A DNA stretch of 59,897 nucleotides, the filler included, from Dugesia japonica (Eukaryota), in the NCBI GenBank assembly GCA_001938525.1. It is 5 parts of 5 records of this genome, joined end to end, with 100 filler letters (N's around TTAATTAATTAA, not from the genome) between each part and the next. Parts side by side here need not be neighbours in the genome. Positions count along the whole stretch, not along the records: positions 1 to 8,979 come from MQRL01629661.1; positions 9,080 to 18,694 come from MQRL01603724.1; 3 more parts are not named here. The stretch is one strand, 5' to 3'. The stretch's first letter is position 1; each line of letters opens with the position of its first letter. The position numbers and the translations under genes were made by a program. Below, piece after piece: positions 1-11,584 of this stretch. Under the pieces are notes generated by a model that was not told the DNA's origin, searched no databases, and saw only the letters and a list, made by a program, of their open reading frames with translations.

Positions 1-266
1 TTTAAGGATAATAGTGTAAGTAAATCTTGATTAGAAAATTAAGCGAGTATCATGTGAACGAACCCGAACTAAAGTAGTGCGAGTCTGTACTCGAGTTACG
101 AGTCAACGGCTTCATTCCGAAGATCTGGAATTTTGGGGGACACCAGATTTAAATTCATCGCGNNNNNNNNNNNNNNNNNNNNNNNNNNNNNTGATTTTAT
201 ATAAAGATTGGACCCCCTAGAAATAATTACCTAAATCGTCTAAATAAAAAGGGTAGAACCCCAACA
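1..266. repeat. LTR-like repeat fragment, same family as 5012-5510 and 8691-8979, opposite orientation
   Basis: Ends in CCCCAACA (rc TGTTGGGG, the start of the other copies). The rc of ~87-126 (agatcttcggaatgaagccgttgactcgtaactcgagtac) resembles ~5111-5158. Confidence 0.5.
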
Positions 267-769
267 GATGGTTAAGCTCACTATTTTGTACGCGTTAACT
301 CGTTGTTTTTCGAAGGGTTTTATGCAGTTTCTGGTCGTTTTAATAGAAACGATCTCTTGTCACATTTCCTCCAATATCTGTTAACACTTTTCATCAGGGA
401 ATCGTCTTCTTTTTTCGTCGTTTTAATGCGTTATTAAACTACTTAGAGTTTGTACTGTTCTTATTTTTTGTAAATGATGGTATATATTCCATTTTTGTGT
501 CTGAAGTATTCTCCTTATCTAATTAGTACCTTTGGTTTGTTGGGGAAGTATGTTTGTACTCGCGAGGGTAAGGTGACAGTAGACAATACTCACACCACAA
601 AACATTATACACATACATTATTGATAAAAAGCTAATCAATGTATAAGACTAACTACCATAGAGCATAGCAGGTCTGAAGCATCGTTTCCGACTGTTTGGA
701 GCACATTTATTTATCCCACTAATATGTGTCTGCTAGCTCTGGTATTCACATCTTTATCACATACCAGAA

Positions 770-850
770 TATATATATATATANNNNNNNNNNNNNNNNN
801 NNNNNNNNNNNNNNNNNNNNNNNNNNNNNNNNNTATATATATATATATAT
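770..850. repeat. (TA)n microsatellite spanning an N gap
   Basis: Directly visible. Confidence 0.9.
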
Positions 851-1033
851 ATTTTAATTTGAAGCATATATCCTCTTCTCTAAAACCAAATAGAAGTTTT
901 ATATATAGCTTTGGTTATCATAGAGACATTAACTCGTGAAGGATTACTTGTTTGCCTTTTTCAGCTTTTAATTTGAGTGGAATCTCTTTATTCAAGATAT
1001 TTTGTTGATATATTTTCGTGAAAGTTGCTGCTG

Positions 1034-1096
1034 TATCTATAATGGAAAAGAAGAATCCAATTTTAATTACTGGATTCTTGTTTTCCATTATAGATA
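1034..1096. repeat. Near-perfect hairpin (26-bp stem, 11-nt loop)
   Basis: tatctataatggaaaagaagaatcca pairs with tggattcttgttttccattatagata, with one mismatch. Confidence 0.85.
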
Positions 1097-2131
1097 ATTA
1101 TTAAAATAATCTTAGCTTTTTGCTCGTACATGATTCCTTCTTGTAACTGTCATAAGTATTGTAACTCACTTTTTAATAGAAAGTGTCAGTCAACTCAAAT
1201 GAAGAGAAATTTTGTTCTTCATTATTTTAGTTCGATTTTTTGCCGGAACTGGATGATTTTAGGTTTGGCTACCGCTCGAGACTATGTTTATATCTTTTAA
1301 ATTCATAATTTGGAATAATTTTCATTGATCATTTATATACATTTCATCTACATTTAACTAAAGATTGAGCTCGCTGGACCAATTTGTGATGTCACGTTAT
1401 AAATTTTAAGGTTAAAAGAGATAAGAAGCATTAGTATATAAACATATACAGTTTTCGTTTTATTCAGAATTTATTTTAAATATAAGATTAAAGTGTGAAT
1501 TTACGTTGTTCACTTTAATCCGATTTGTTCAAATGATAAAGACATCTCAGAAATCATTTTTAATCTGGATTTAGTTTACTTGTGAATATTCTTAAAATGA
1601 TTTATAAGTTCCAAATAGTAAGCTATGATTTAGTTGACAAAGTATTAATGTTCAAATGCAAAAATGTCTGTTCACAAATATAATTTGATACGAAATTGAA
1701 ATTCAATGGCCGCATAAAATTCTTTGTTCACCCCTGGTGTAAAACTTGTGTCATATTTTCAATACATGTAAAAAGATCTGTATAGATTTTTAATACTTCT
1801 TGTATCTATAGGTATATCTAAATTGATCAAATTTATTCGGTTATCCTAATATCATTTTTTTATTAGTTTGTTAAATTTTCATATTTTTTACAAATTTATA
1901 TTATTAAAATTTTATAAAAGTCAAACAATTAGTTATGTTTTAAACTATTATTTAAAAATATATTAAAACAGTTTTCAAATAAGTTTTATTCACTTTTTTC
2001 GAAATACTGAAAACAATCAGCAAAAAAATTGTGTGTTTTAATAATGCTCATTTAAAATAAATTGTAAGTTTATTTTTGACTTTAAAAATTTACTTCATTT
2101 AGAGTGAAATTGTTTTTTTAAAGAAATTGTA

Positions 2132-4117
2132 ATGGGCGTAAAAGGACTAATGTCATATATGTTGAATGATGGCTCTTCATTTAAGCCACATAAATTAAGA
2201 CAAAGTAAAGTCATTATTGATGGCAATAATTTTTTACATTCTATTCATCACGCACATAACGTATGTTGGAAATTTGGTGGTGAATATGATTCATACGATA
2301 AAGCATTAGTAAAATTTTTCCAAAGATTACGGCTTTGTGAAATAGAGCCTATTATAGTTTTTGATGGTTGCTATGATGCTGAGGTAAATAAAATTTGTAT
2401 TATTTCTAATTAAATTTTGATAATATTATGGAAAAACAAATTTGGCTGTATTGGTTTTGTTAATTTGATAAAAATTTAAAATACTATGAAAATAATGATT
2501 TTTCTTTAGGGCAGTAAAATAAAAACAACCATATCTAGATTTAAAGATCGAATTAAAACGTGTTCACGTATGAACAAAAGTTATTTATCAGAAGGCTATC
2601 TTTTACCGATGTTGACTCTTCAAACTATGATTTCTGTTTTACAACGATTGGATATTGATTTTATAACTTGTCACGAAGAAGCTGACAAAGAAGCGGCAGC
2701 ATTGGCTAACTATTTTCACTGTCCAGTAATTAGCAATGATTCTGATTTTTTTATATTTCCTTTAAATTTTGGTTTTATACCTGTTGGAAGTTTGAATTTC
2801 ATTCCTGTCGAGGAACCTTGTCAATGCTGTTTGTCAAGTTCTACCCATTTCTATATGTCATGTGCCATATTTAATCAATCAAATTTATGTTTAAAATCAA
2901 GAAATAATCTACCAATTAAGAGGAATTTGATGCCGTTATTCTCCACATTAATGGGAAATGATTTTTTGTCAATTGATTTTTTTGAGATAATTTTTCTACA
3001 AAATAATTCAAAAAATAACAGTAAAAAACACAGTAAAACATCGTCGAAATTAACCCAATTATTGAATTGGGTGCACGAATTCGATAATATTGACAGCGCT
3101 ATTGATAAAGTGATTTCATTGGTTAAAGAAAAGGAACGAGTTCGAGTTGAACACACGATAAGATCATCTATAGAACAATATAATTTGAATAAATCCAGTT
3201 TAATAGAACCCTTAAAATCAAATTTACCGGTTTTCTTAAAAACCAACGATTTATTCAATAATTTACCGGAATTTATTGATCTTCTTTTACGGAAATCGAT
3301 TTTATCACCGATTTTAGTTAATAGTCTCGTGTCCGGTAGAGTTTTTCTTTCGTCAAATGTCGAATCGATAAAGCTTGATTCGATTCATTGCATATCCGAT
3401 AAAATTAGAAATCGATTTTATAATACTCTTTTCCGATTGGCTAATAAATCGTCGGGGTTCATTATTGAATACACGAGAAAGGAAGCCCATCTCTACAAAA
3501 CCCGAATTGATATCGATGAAATTTCAATTGGAAATTCAAATAATAATATTTGTGATTTTCCATTGATTATCGATAGAATTTCTTTTATTAAAATAATGAT
3601 TTTGTATTGGGTGGAGGAGAAATCTAAGAGAATTCAGAATTTAGATTTTCATTCGGTTTTAGCAACGATCGCTTCAGTTTTTATTCAGTTTTCATGGAAA
3701 ATCGAATTATTGAAATCGGAATCATTCAACAAAACCAAATACGAAAATCGAATTTATAAATTCTTTACAGATCCAATCGTAACGAATGTAAATAAATTCC
3801 AAATCGATTTGATTCACAATTTCAATGAATTACAATCGATCTATTTCTCTTTGGTTCAATTGTTGTGTTTGGATTCTGATTTCAATATCGATTCGATTCC
3901 GTCGCCACAAAGTTTGTTTTGCGGAAAATTGAACTACAATCTTTCGGTTGATTTGAAGAAACGAAAAACAAACTGTTGGGATTATATTTGGCAGTTATTT
4001 GAATCAGTTCCTTGTAAAGAATTTCAGATTCAATTTTCAGATATTATTTGTTCTGTTGGGAAAATTATACCGAATTTCGATTTATTTATTACAAGCTTTA
4101 AAAATTGCAAAATTTGA
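2132..4117 (+). CDS. ASTE1: Protein asteroid homolog 1 (XPG/FEN1-like PIN nuclease), 2 exons: 2132-2383 and 2510-4117, ~619 aa
   Basis: N-terminal motifs MGVKGL, IIDGNNF, FGGEYD and IVFDG; I-region EEADKEAAALANYFHCPVISNDSDFFIF. A phase-0 GT..AG intron (2384-2509: gag|gtaaat ... tttctttag|ggc) joins the two ORFs in frame. Confidence 0.88.
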
Positions 4118-5011
4118 ATAGATTTTCATTGGAAGTTAATTAATTATTCAAATGTAATATTTTATAGTCATAGGATAAGTAATTAATTGTATAATTGACT
4201 ATTCTGAAATATTATTAATGATTTAATATTGGAATTTCAAATATAAATCAATATTAAAATTATTATTATTTCCATCCGAAAATTTTAGTAGAAATAATTG
4301 AGAAAATATAAAGCATTAATATATTCGAAATTTTTACTAGAAACCTCGTACTNTTAATGTCCAACACTTTATACAGTACGCATTATTGTCGTGTTAAATA
4401 TAAGAGATATTTAGTGTCATATTTAGATAAAGGAAGGTACTAGACTATTTTACATCCGATGTCTCTACATATTTCATTTTTAAAACATGTGATAAATTAT
4501 AATAAAGCATCAATACTTTAATATATCAAGATGTTAAATAACTTTTTCCAAGATTTAATAAATTGTGTAAAATTAAGAATGCATTTAGTTCGTTGAAGTC
4601 AGTTCGAAATTTCAATATTTTTATTGGAAAATTTATTATTTTATTGCACCTCGGAATAGAGGCTTTCTAGAACTCGAGGCCATAGGCTTCAGCCTTTGGA
4701 TAAATCCGGCACTTTCTGTTCTAGAAATGATTTTTTGTCTAGTTTATTGCTTCTAATTTAAATTCAGATTTATAGGATTTTATAGTTCGTTTGATTAATA
4801 ATATTGTCTCAATAATTATTCCAAAATATTTTAACCTATTGATGATTTAAAAGTAAAATGTTATTTAAACAATAAAATTAATCTTTACATCCCAAAATTT
4901 TAGTAGAAATATTATATATATATGACGCAAATTATTATTTTTAGAAAGTATTATTGTTTAGTCCTGCTCTCAGAGTTTACACAGAGAACAAAGTGTCTTG
5001 CGTTATAATAG

Positions 5012-5510
5012 TGTTGGGGTCCTATCTGAGTTGGCTGGTTTTAGTTTATGAATGGGGAAACAATCGTACAGGGGAGTCCCGCTAATAATTTGATCTAACG
5101 TCCCTTTATTAGATTTTCGTGAAGGAGCCTGTGACTTGTAACCCGTAGTTCGAGTGCTTGCTCGTATCCCTTTGGTTTGGATTCAAATTTCCCCTTAATT
5201 TAACAATATAGAAGACAATGTAACTGGAAACTATTTTGCATAACATTAATTTATACATTAAAAGGTTGGACTACGACTGGGTTGGAGGTTCAAGGTTAAG
5301 ATCGAATGCAGCCTCATCGTCCTGGTTATCTCACTGACTAATGGGCCGGGCATTGTGTCTAGCCGTTAGATCTGTAATGTATTAGGTTAAGAATGTGGCC
5401 TTCTGAAAAATTCTATTGTTGGTGTTAGCGATTGCCAGGTGCTTTTTGTATACAGCTTCCTTATTGTCTGATTTTTTCTGTTTATGTGTATTTAAAGCAT
5501 CTGATCACAA
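5012..5510. repeat. LTR-like repeat (probable solo LTR), distal boundary uncertain
   Basis: Starts TGTTGGGGTCCTATCTGAGTTGG, matching 8691 TGTTGGGGTTCCACCTGAGTTGG. GC-richer than the flanks. Confidence 0.5.
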
Positions 5511-6219
5511 CGCTTGACTCACCGGTGTTCTAGTATTAATCCATACAATAATTTGTGGCATTTATGTAAGTTTCTAAGTAATCAATTACTGGACACAGAA
5601 AGAACAAGATTAAACTAAATGATGATTACGAATATTAATCTTTAAAATTAATGGAGAAATAAATTGACAATCTACCATATGTAATCGTTTATTTATAGGT
5701 GCAAAAGAACAAACAATTAATTTCACGTCTGGGTTGCTTTGTCAATGTCTAGTTAGACAAGTGTTACTCGTTTGCGCAACTGCAAAAAAATCATTTACCA
5801 GAATGTTTTCTTTATCAAGCAACGACCGGATGATTTTAGCAAATGATTCTAGTTGCGCCTTCTAAGTAAATTCCCGGCATCTTCTTTCATACACTTTCAT
5901 ACACCAGGAGCTCCACGTTTTTCTTTAACAGTCGGTTTAGTTGCCAGGACATTTCTTCGTCCTCGCTGTCAGAGCGGAGTTTTTTACTGTGCGCGGGAGG
6001 TATTCACTAAATAGAAATCTCATTAGCAATGAAATAATTGAAAACTTGAGTGCTTGCTCGTATTCCTTTGGTTTGGGTCCTTTACTCTTATTTAAATAAT
6101 TTAAGGGGCAATGTGATAAAAGTAATAGTAATGCATATATTTTCACATTAACATTCACGATTGTGTCGCGGATTCGTCTATAAAGTAAAGCACTGCTTCG
6201 TCGTTTGTGTGATTCCATT

Positions 6220-6400
6220 TCAAAGACAAGAAAAATTTCATCAACATAATGTTTATAAACCAAAGGTTTCATAGACAAATAAATATTAATCTTACTCTCT
6301 AATTTAGACAGTAAAATTGAAGGCAATATTAGAGCTTATCGGGATGCTTCTATCATGCCGTTAACTTGCCTATACTATTAATAATTAAAGAGATTGAGCA
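6220..6400 (-). pseudogene. Penelope-like element reverse transcriptase remnant
   Basis: YRQVNGMIEASR*ALILPSILLSKLE...KPLVYKHYVDEIFLVF resembles the PLE RT pattern YkQidGvaMGSPLapilAnifmskLE..kP..ykRYVDDif. Contains an in-frame stop. Confidence 0.7.
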
Positions 6401-6510
6401 TCCGATGTTGGAAAAATTAAGAGATAACAACATTATATGATGAGAAAAAAATTTCATTTAAAAGTTTTAAGAAGCAAGATTAAAATTGTTGTTCTTCTAT
6501 ATTCATAGAT

Positions 6511-6543
6511 TGTTCAATATTTCAGCTGTATTCTTCAGGAACT
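6511..6543 (-). ncRNA. Degenerate minimal type I hammerhead ribozyme (PLE pLTR-type)
   Basis: Minus strand reads GUUC-CUGAAGA-AUACAGCU-GAAA-UA-UU-GAAC. Core boxes and stem I are present; stem II is disrupted. Confidence 0.5.
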
Positions 6544-7094
6544 ATTATCAAAATTAAAAAATTATGTTAGTAACATTTAACCGAGAATATTTTCAATAAA
6601 TTTAAGGTTTTAATTACCGGCCTGAAGAACTGTTAGCCGAAAATCGAGTTTATGTTAAGATTTCACGGGTGTTTAGGGGCGAAAAACTTGAATATTTTGT
6701 TAATATGTCTGATTGAAATTTTGACCCGATAGCAATGTTCAACATTTTACACGTTCAAGGAAACCAAAATTTGTTCGACGAGAACGCAAGATTCTGAGTA
6801 GATCGATGAGTACTTGAAAGAAACCCAGAAGTAGAGCACGAAAAATAAAGTTTTTGAAAGAGTACGGGAGAAATTAGTGCCGCGCCGGATAATTATATCT
6901 ACATTTATATATCCATGTGATTGTGTACCTGAAATTAAATTTAGAAAGTACAGGCGCAGGAAATTATGTATAAGATAAGAAATGCAAACTTTAATAATTT
7001 CGTAAATTCCAATAAATAATTACTAAAAACAAGAAAATTTAATTTCTCAACAAGTTGTTATTTGTACTAAAATTTTACAGAAATTATTTAAATA

Positions 7095-7536
7095 TCATTT
7101 TCCAACTTTAGATTTTAACAATTTCAATTTAAGATCATTAATATGATTTTCTCTTTCATTTTTAATTGTTTCATAAAGCTTTTGAGCATCTTCTATTTCA
7201 TGTATTAAACTTACACACTTTTTCTACAAAAAAATGACAATTTAGAACTACAATATGAACCAATTATGATTACAGCATTATTATAATTATTAAGGGCTCG
7301 TCTTTTTTGTCCCAAAGTTGTACAGAGCATACTTTCACCGTCTAAAATTAATATCAAATTACTGTACAAATTTGAAAAAATTATACTTATTTTAGAAAAA
7401 TCTGGAAGGTCAGTTAGCGGTCCGAATTCAGAACTTCGAGGTAGCTTATGTCTAAATTTTTTTCTAAGCCTTTTCAATTAAAAAAAGGTTACCTTACACG
7501 GTAAAAAGAAAATTTTCTTAAAGCGAGATTTAACAT
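7095..7536 (-). CDS. MRPL52: Mitochondrial ribosomal protein L52 (mL52); exons 7536-7493, 7451-7387, 7341-7274, 7223-7095; ~101 aa; start codon tentative
   Basis: Spliced product ..FYRVRHKLPRSSEFGPLTDLPDFSKINGE..GQKRR..KKCVSLIHEIEDAQ..LLKSKVGK* matches the mL52 signature (WR..GL..ps.yGPLTdLPDwS..DG..GQ.RR..LKpKG). Three GT-AG introns of 41, 45 and 50 nt with consistent phases. Confidence 0.85.
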
Positions 7537-8267
7537 TACAAATGCAAATAATTTAATTAATATAAAATAATATTTAATTATTTTTAAATCCTATCAAATT
7601 CTAAATAAAATTTTGAAAATTATTAAAATTAATGTATTGAAACAATCCAATAATATAAAACGTTTTAAAATTCATAAACGCCATATATAGCCGAGTTTCA
7701 TTAAATCAAAATCACTTATCAATTTTAAAATCGATATTTTGCACATAATTTTAGTTTTGTTCAATGTCAATGGATTGTTACTGAACATAATTATAAAGAA
7801 TATATCTAATAATTATTTCATTATTAAAGTGAAATTAATAATTTTCAAGTATATAAAATGTATTTATTTTATAGTCATAAATTAGAAGTAAAATAAATAC
7901 TAGTCTTTTCTTTTATTAGGTTTTTTCCGGAATTTAACCTATCTAATTTATGTACTTAAACTTTTATATTTCATATTAAATATAATTTCCTTTATAACGC
8001 TTTGATAAATTGTAAACTCTCAACCACCACAATTCCATTTCATTTCACTCGATTAGTTTTTATTATTTTGAAATTTTATTAAAATTTAAAATTTAGTCTT
8101 AACTTATATTTAAAATTTTTTTTAAATATTTTATTGTTCGGACAGAACCCAGTCAAATAACAATTGTACCAAAGTATCTGTAATTCCTTGTAGCCAAAAT
8201 TAAACTAAAAATTAAACTGTAACTAATCAATAAAAAATTTAATCAAATTATGTTAAAAAGAAAAAGT

Positions 8268-8334
8268 ATTTCATTAAAATAAAAGCTTCAATCAAAAACA
8301 AAAAAATATGATTGAGGCTTTTGTTTAATGAAAT
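8268..8334. repeat. Short inverted-repeat remnant of the PLE/hammerhead-associated repeat family
   Basis: atttcattaaaataaaagcttcaatca ... tgattgaggcttttgtttaatgaaat; same arms as 25147-25312, without the ribozyme core. Confidence 0.6.
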
Positions 8335-8690
8335 CTGAAAAACGATCTATGGCTACGTCCAACAATTATTCTTACAATAATTATAATTATGAAAGAAAAA
8401 TTATTATCGAAAAAAATAAAAGAATGCAAATTAAACCAAAGTTAATATTCCAATAAAATGAATGAATTACAAATAAATTAAATATTAAAAAATAAATATT
8501 AATTAATTATTTCAAGAACGAGTTCATGAAATAATACTATAATTTGGAATAAATGAAATGGATTTACAAAAAAAATTAAATTAGATTTGAAACAAATTCA
8601 AAAAAAAAATAATTTTAAGAGTATATACATACAAAAAAATTACGATTTTATTATAAGAAATTGACCACAAACATTTTATAAAATTAGAAT

Positions 8691-8979
8691 TGTTGGGGTT
8701 CCACCTGAGTTGGAAAAAGGTGACTGGGGAAAAAACAGTCCTCAGGGGAATCCTTTCAAGAATTTACCCTACCGTCCCTATGGTAGGTTTTCAGTTCATT
8801 GCGGTTGACCTTACCCTTGATGGAAGGATCTCACCAATAAACCTTTTATTCGGGTTCTATAATTTTCCCTGTCCTTATCTAAGAAAATTAAATAACTTCT
8901 AGTATGCAAACATTTATTATTAATAAAACATTTAGATTAGATCCAATGCATCCGGATCTAACCATTGATCGGGGGAAGT
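8691..8979. repeat. LTR-like repeat truncated by a contig end
   Basis: TGTTGGGGTTCCACCTGAGTTGG start shared with 5012 and with the rc of 250-266. Confidence 0.5.
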
Positions 8980-9079
8980 NNNNNNNNNNNNNNNNNNNNN
9001 NNNNNNNNNNNNNNNNNNNNNNNTTAATTAATTAANNNNNNNNNNNNNNNNNNNNNNNNNNNNNNNNNNNNNNNNNNNN
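8980..9079. other. Artificial contig spacer
   Basis: 44 N + TTAATTAATTAA (six-frame stop) + 44 N. Confidence 0.95.
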
Positions 9080-11021
9080 TATATGTAGAGCTGTTTTTAT
9101 TAGATCTTTCATTATTCTCATTGAGGGTAAGTATCTTGTCAAAAATTGGGTGTTCTGAAAGATTGTAATAATCAATTGTAGCTTGAAGGATGTCTATGAA
9201 TTTGTGAGGAAGTTTGTTGAGATGATACGACCTGTTGACAAGCTGAGAAAAGTTAAATGCCAGTAGATTATAGAAAACCTGTTTCTTTACAGGGAAGCCA
9301 AAAATCCTATTATCAATGCAGTGAAGCATTTTACGAAGCAGGTCAGCAAGAAAAGGGTTGCGACGATTAATTTTCAGCAAGGCAATATCTAAAGAGTGAT
9401 AGGAGTTCAGGAGATCAGTAGACATCTGGGAGGAGTCAGTTAAGTTATGATCGCGGTTGTTAAATTTTTCTGTGTTAGGCACCGAGATCGAAAAGTTGTA
9501 GGGGAGAACTTCCGGAGAATTAGAAAAAGTGACCTTACNNNNNNNNNNNNNNNNNNNNNNNNNNNNNNNNNNNNNNNNNNNNNNNNNNAAGCCAAAAATC
9601 CTATTATCAATGCAGTGAAGCATTTTACGAAGCAGGTCAGCAAGAACAGGGTTGCGACGATTTATTTTAAGCAAGGCAATATCTAAGGAGTGATAGGAGT
9701 TCAGGAGATCAGTAGACATCTGGGAGGAGTCAGTAAAGTTATGATTGCGGTTGTTAACTTTTTCTGTGTTAGGCACCGAGATCGAAAGGTTGTAGGGGAA
9801 AACTTCCGGAGAATTATAAAAAGTGACCTTACGAAAGGATTTATCTTGAGTAGCAGAGGAAGTGTACAAAGAATTATTAGTGCTATTAAAAAAGGAGCAA
9901 GGTGGGATACATTTCCGAGATTTAGGTCCAAATTTCTCGTGGAACCAGCAGTGTTTATCAGCAAAAAGAATCTTAGTTGAGATATTAGTGGTATCATCAG
10001 AAAGATTAACTGTGCGAGTTGGAGCAAGAGTATGATGAGTGGGAAAACTACATGGACGACGGCAATGACGAGCTTGAATTCCAAAATTCTTGTGATAGAT
10101 GCAGTACGATTTATCTTGAATTGGATCAAAATTTGATATTTTATCATTTTCTTCGCCTTTTTTTTGTCGTTGTTTATCTGCATTAATTAAATCGGTTGTT
10201 TGGCAACGAGATATATCTTTAAGTTTATCATGTAGAAAATTAGTAAATTTAAAGATAAAATCGAAATCATTATTTTCGGTTATATTTTTATGATGTGAGT
10301 TACCAATGGTATCAAAATTGGCTGAATTAAGTTGTTGAAGGTCAATATTATTAGTATGATGTGCTTTAAAAGCAGGAACGTGGATATCATTGGCGTTCNN
10401 NNNNNNNNNNNNNNNNNNNNNNNNNNNNNNNNNNNNNNNNNNNNNNNNNNNNNNNNNNNNNNNNNNNNNNNNNNNNNNNNNNNNNNNNNNNNNNNNNNNN
10501 NNNNNNNNNNNNNNNNNNNNNNNNNNNNNNNNNNNNCTATTGCTATTTAAGGTGCAAATGGGGTTATAAGAAGTCCTATCACATGTCAGAGAATTCTTAA
10601 TTTGTTGAATATCAGTATATAAATTATATATAAGATCGTTGTTAAAAATTTCAGGGTTCTTAAATTTTGCATTATCAGCCAAATTACAAATCGGGACATT
10701 CAAATTAAAAATATCTTTATTAGCAGATTTAGCAGGATTACCTTTGTTTTTGTTGGTATTCCTGATGGTGGAGTCAAATCGTTGGTCAAGGCCATCATAA
10801 TAATTAGTTCTGAATTCTCTGGGATTTTCTTTGCTATTATTATTCTGCTTCTTGGATATATAAGGATATTGACGGGCATTTGAGTGTTGAGTTTTATTGA
10901 AGCCATAGGATTGCGAGTAATAATTTATTTCCTGTATAGTTTGATATTCATTTTGAGATTTTCTAACAGAAGGTTCATTAGCTCTTGCGTTCCCGATGTT
11001 GTGATCACTTGAAATAGGCAT
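9080..11021 (-). CDS. Asn-rich uncharacterised ORF with two CX2HX9CX3C (CHCC) zinc knuckles, probably mobile-element encoded; 3' end truncated by the spacer
   Basis: Long open frame (bridged across N gaps) with CIYHKNFGIQARHCRRPC (10050-10103) and CWFHEKFGPKSRKCIPPC (9897-9950). The stop in the ORF track comes from the artificial spacer. Confidence 0.6.
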
Positions 11022-11465
11022 AAGTAAATATCAAATTCTCAGAAAGTTCCAAATTGTAGATGAAAATTAAAATTGAAATCCGATTTTCTGATTTTTTATT
11101 ATTGGAATCCTCACAGATTTTATAAATTCAAAATTTATAATGGAGAGTTGACTTATAGATAAATTGGAATTGGTGTTCACATAAGCTATCCAAAAATCGA
11201 AATAAAATCCAAATTTAAAGGTGATTTGACATAAAATAAGCATCCTCAATTTCCAAAATTATATTATAGAAATTTTGATAAAATATTCCAATTTGAGATT
11301 TAACAATGGAAGTTGACTTTTCAAAGGTTAACGGAAATATACGATTTACAGTTATAAGTAGTAGATAAAAGATATACAGCTTTCATCCATGATTTTGTGA
11401 CTTTTTTCGAAAAGTGAAAAAGTATCTTGCAATTGAAAAGAGATAAAAGTTATAATTTAAAAATT

Positions 11466-11584
11466 AAGCTTAATGTATTTGCAAGCCCCCCCGGGGAAGA
11501 GGTGCTCGATAACTGCTTGAAAATAATTGTGCCCGAATTTTGGCTCATTGCCAAATTGTGCCCGTGTGCCACTATCTACCTACT
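11466..11584 (-). mobile_element. Polinton/Maverick-like terminal repeat (element extends leftward)
   Basis: Reads AGTAGGTAGATAGTGGCACACGGGCACAATT on the minus strand, inverted relative to 14900-14990, and abruptly truncates the adjacent RT. AG/AGT-rich termini are typical of Polintons. Confidence 0.55.

Noticed and set aside
2875-3566. Antisense and alternative-frame ORFs within ASTE1
   Set aside because: Shadow ORFs of the real coding exon.
5937-6326. 129-aa ORF as a real gene
   Set aside because: Chimeric: a PLE RT fragment reads into unrelated degenerate sequence (possibly piggyBac-like, not supportable).
6621-6650. CTGAAGA..CGAAA hammerhead-like motif on the + strand
   Set aside because: No convincing stem I or stem II pairing.
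9295-9831. ~243-nt tandem duplication within the CHCC ORF
   Set aside because: The copies abut a 50-N gap and differ at about 10 sites (3 synonymous, 7 non-synonymous by manual count). Most likely an uncollapsed haplotype or overlap, not a proven domain duplication.
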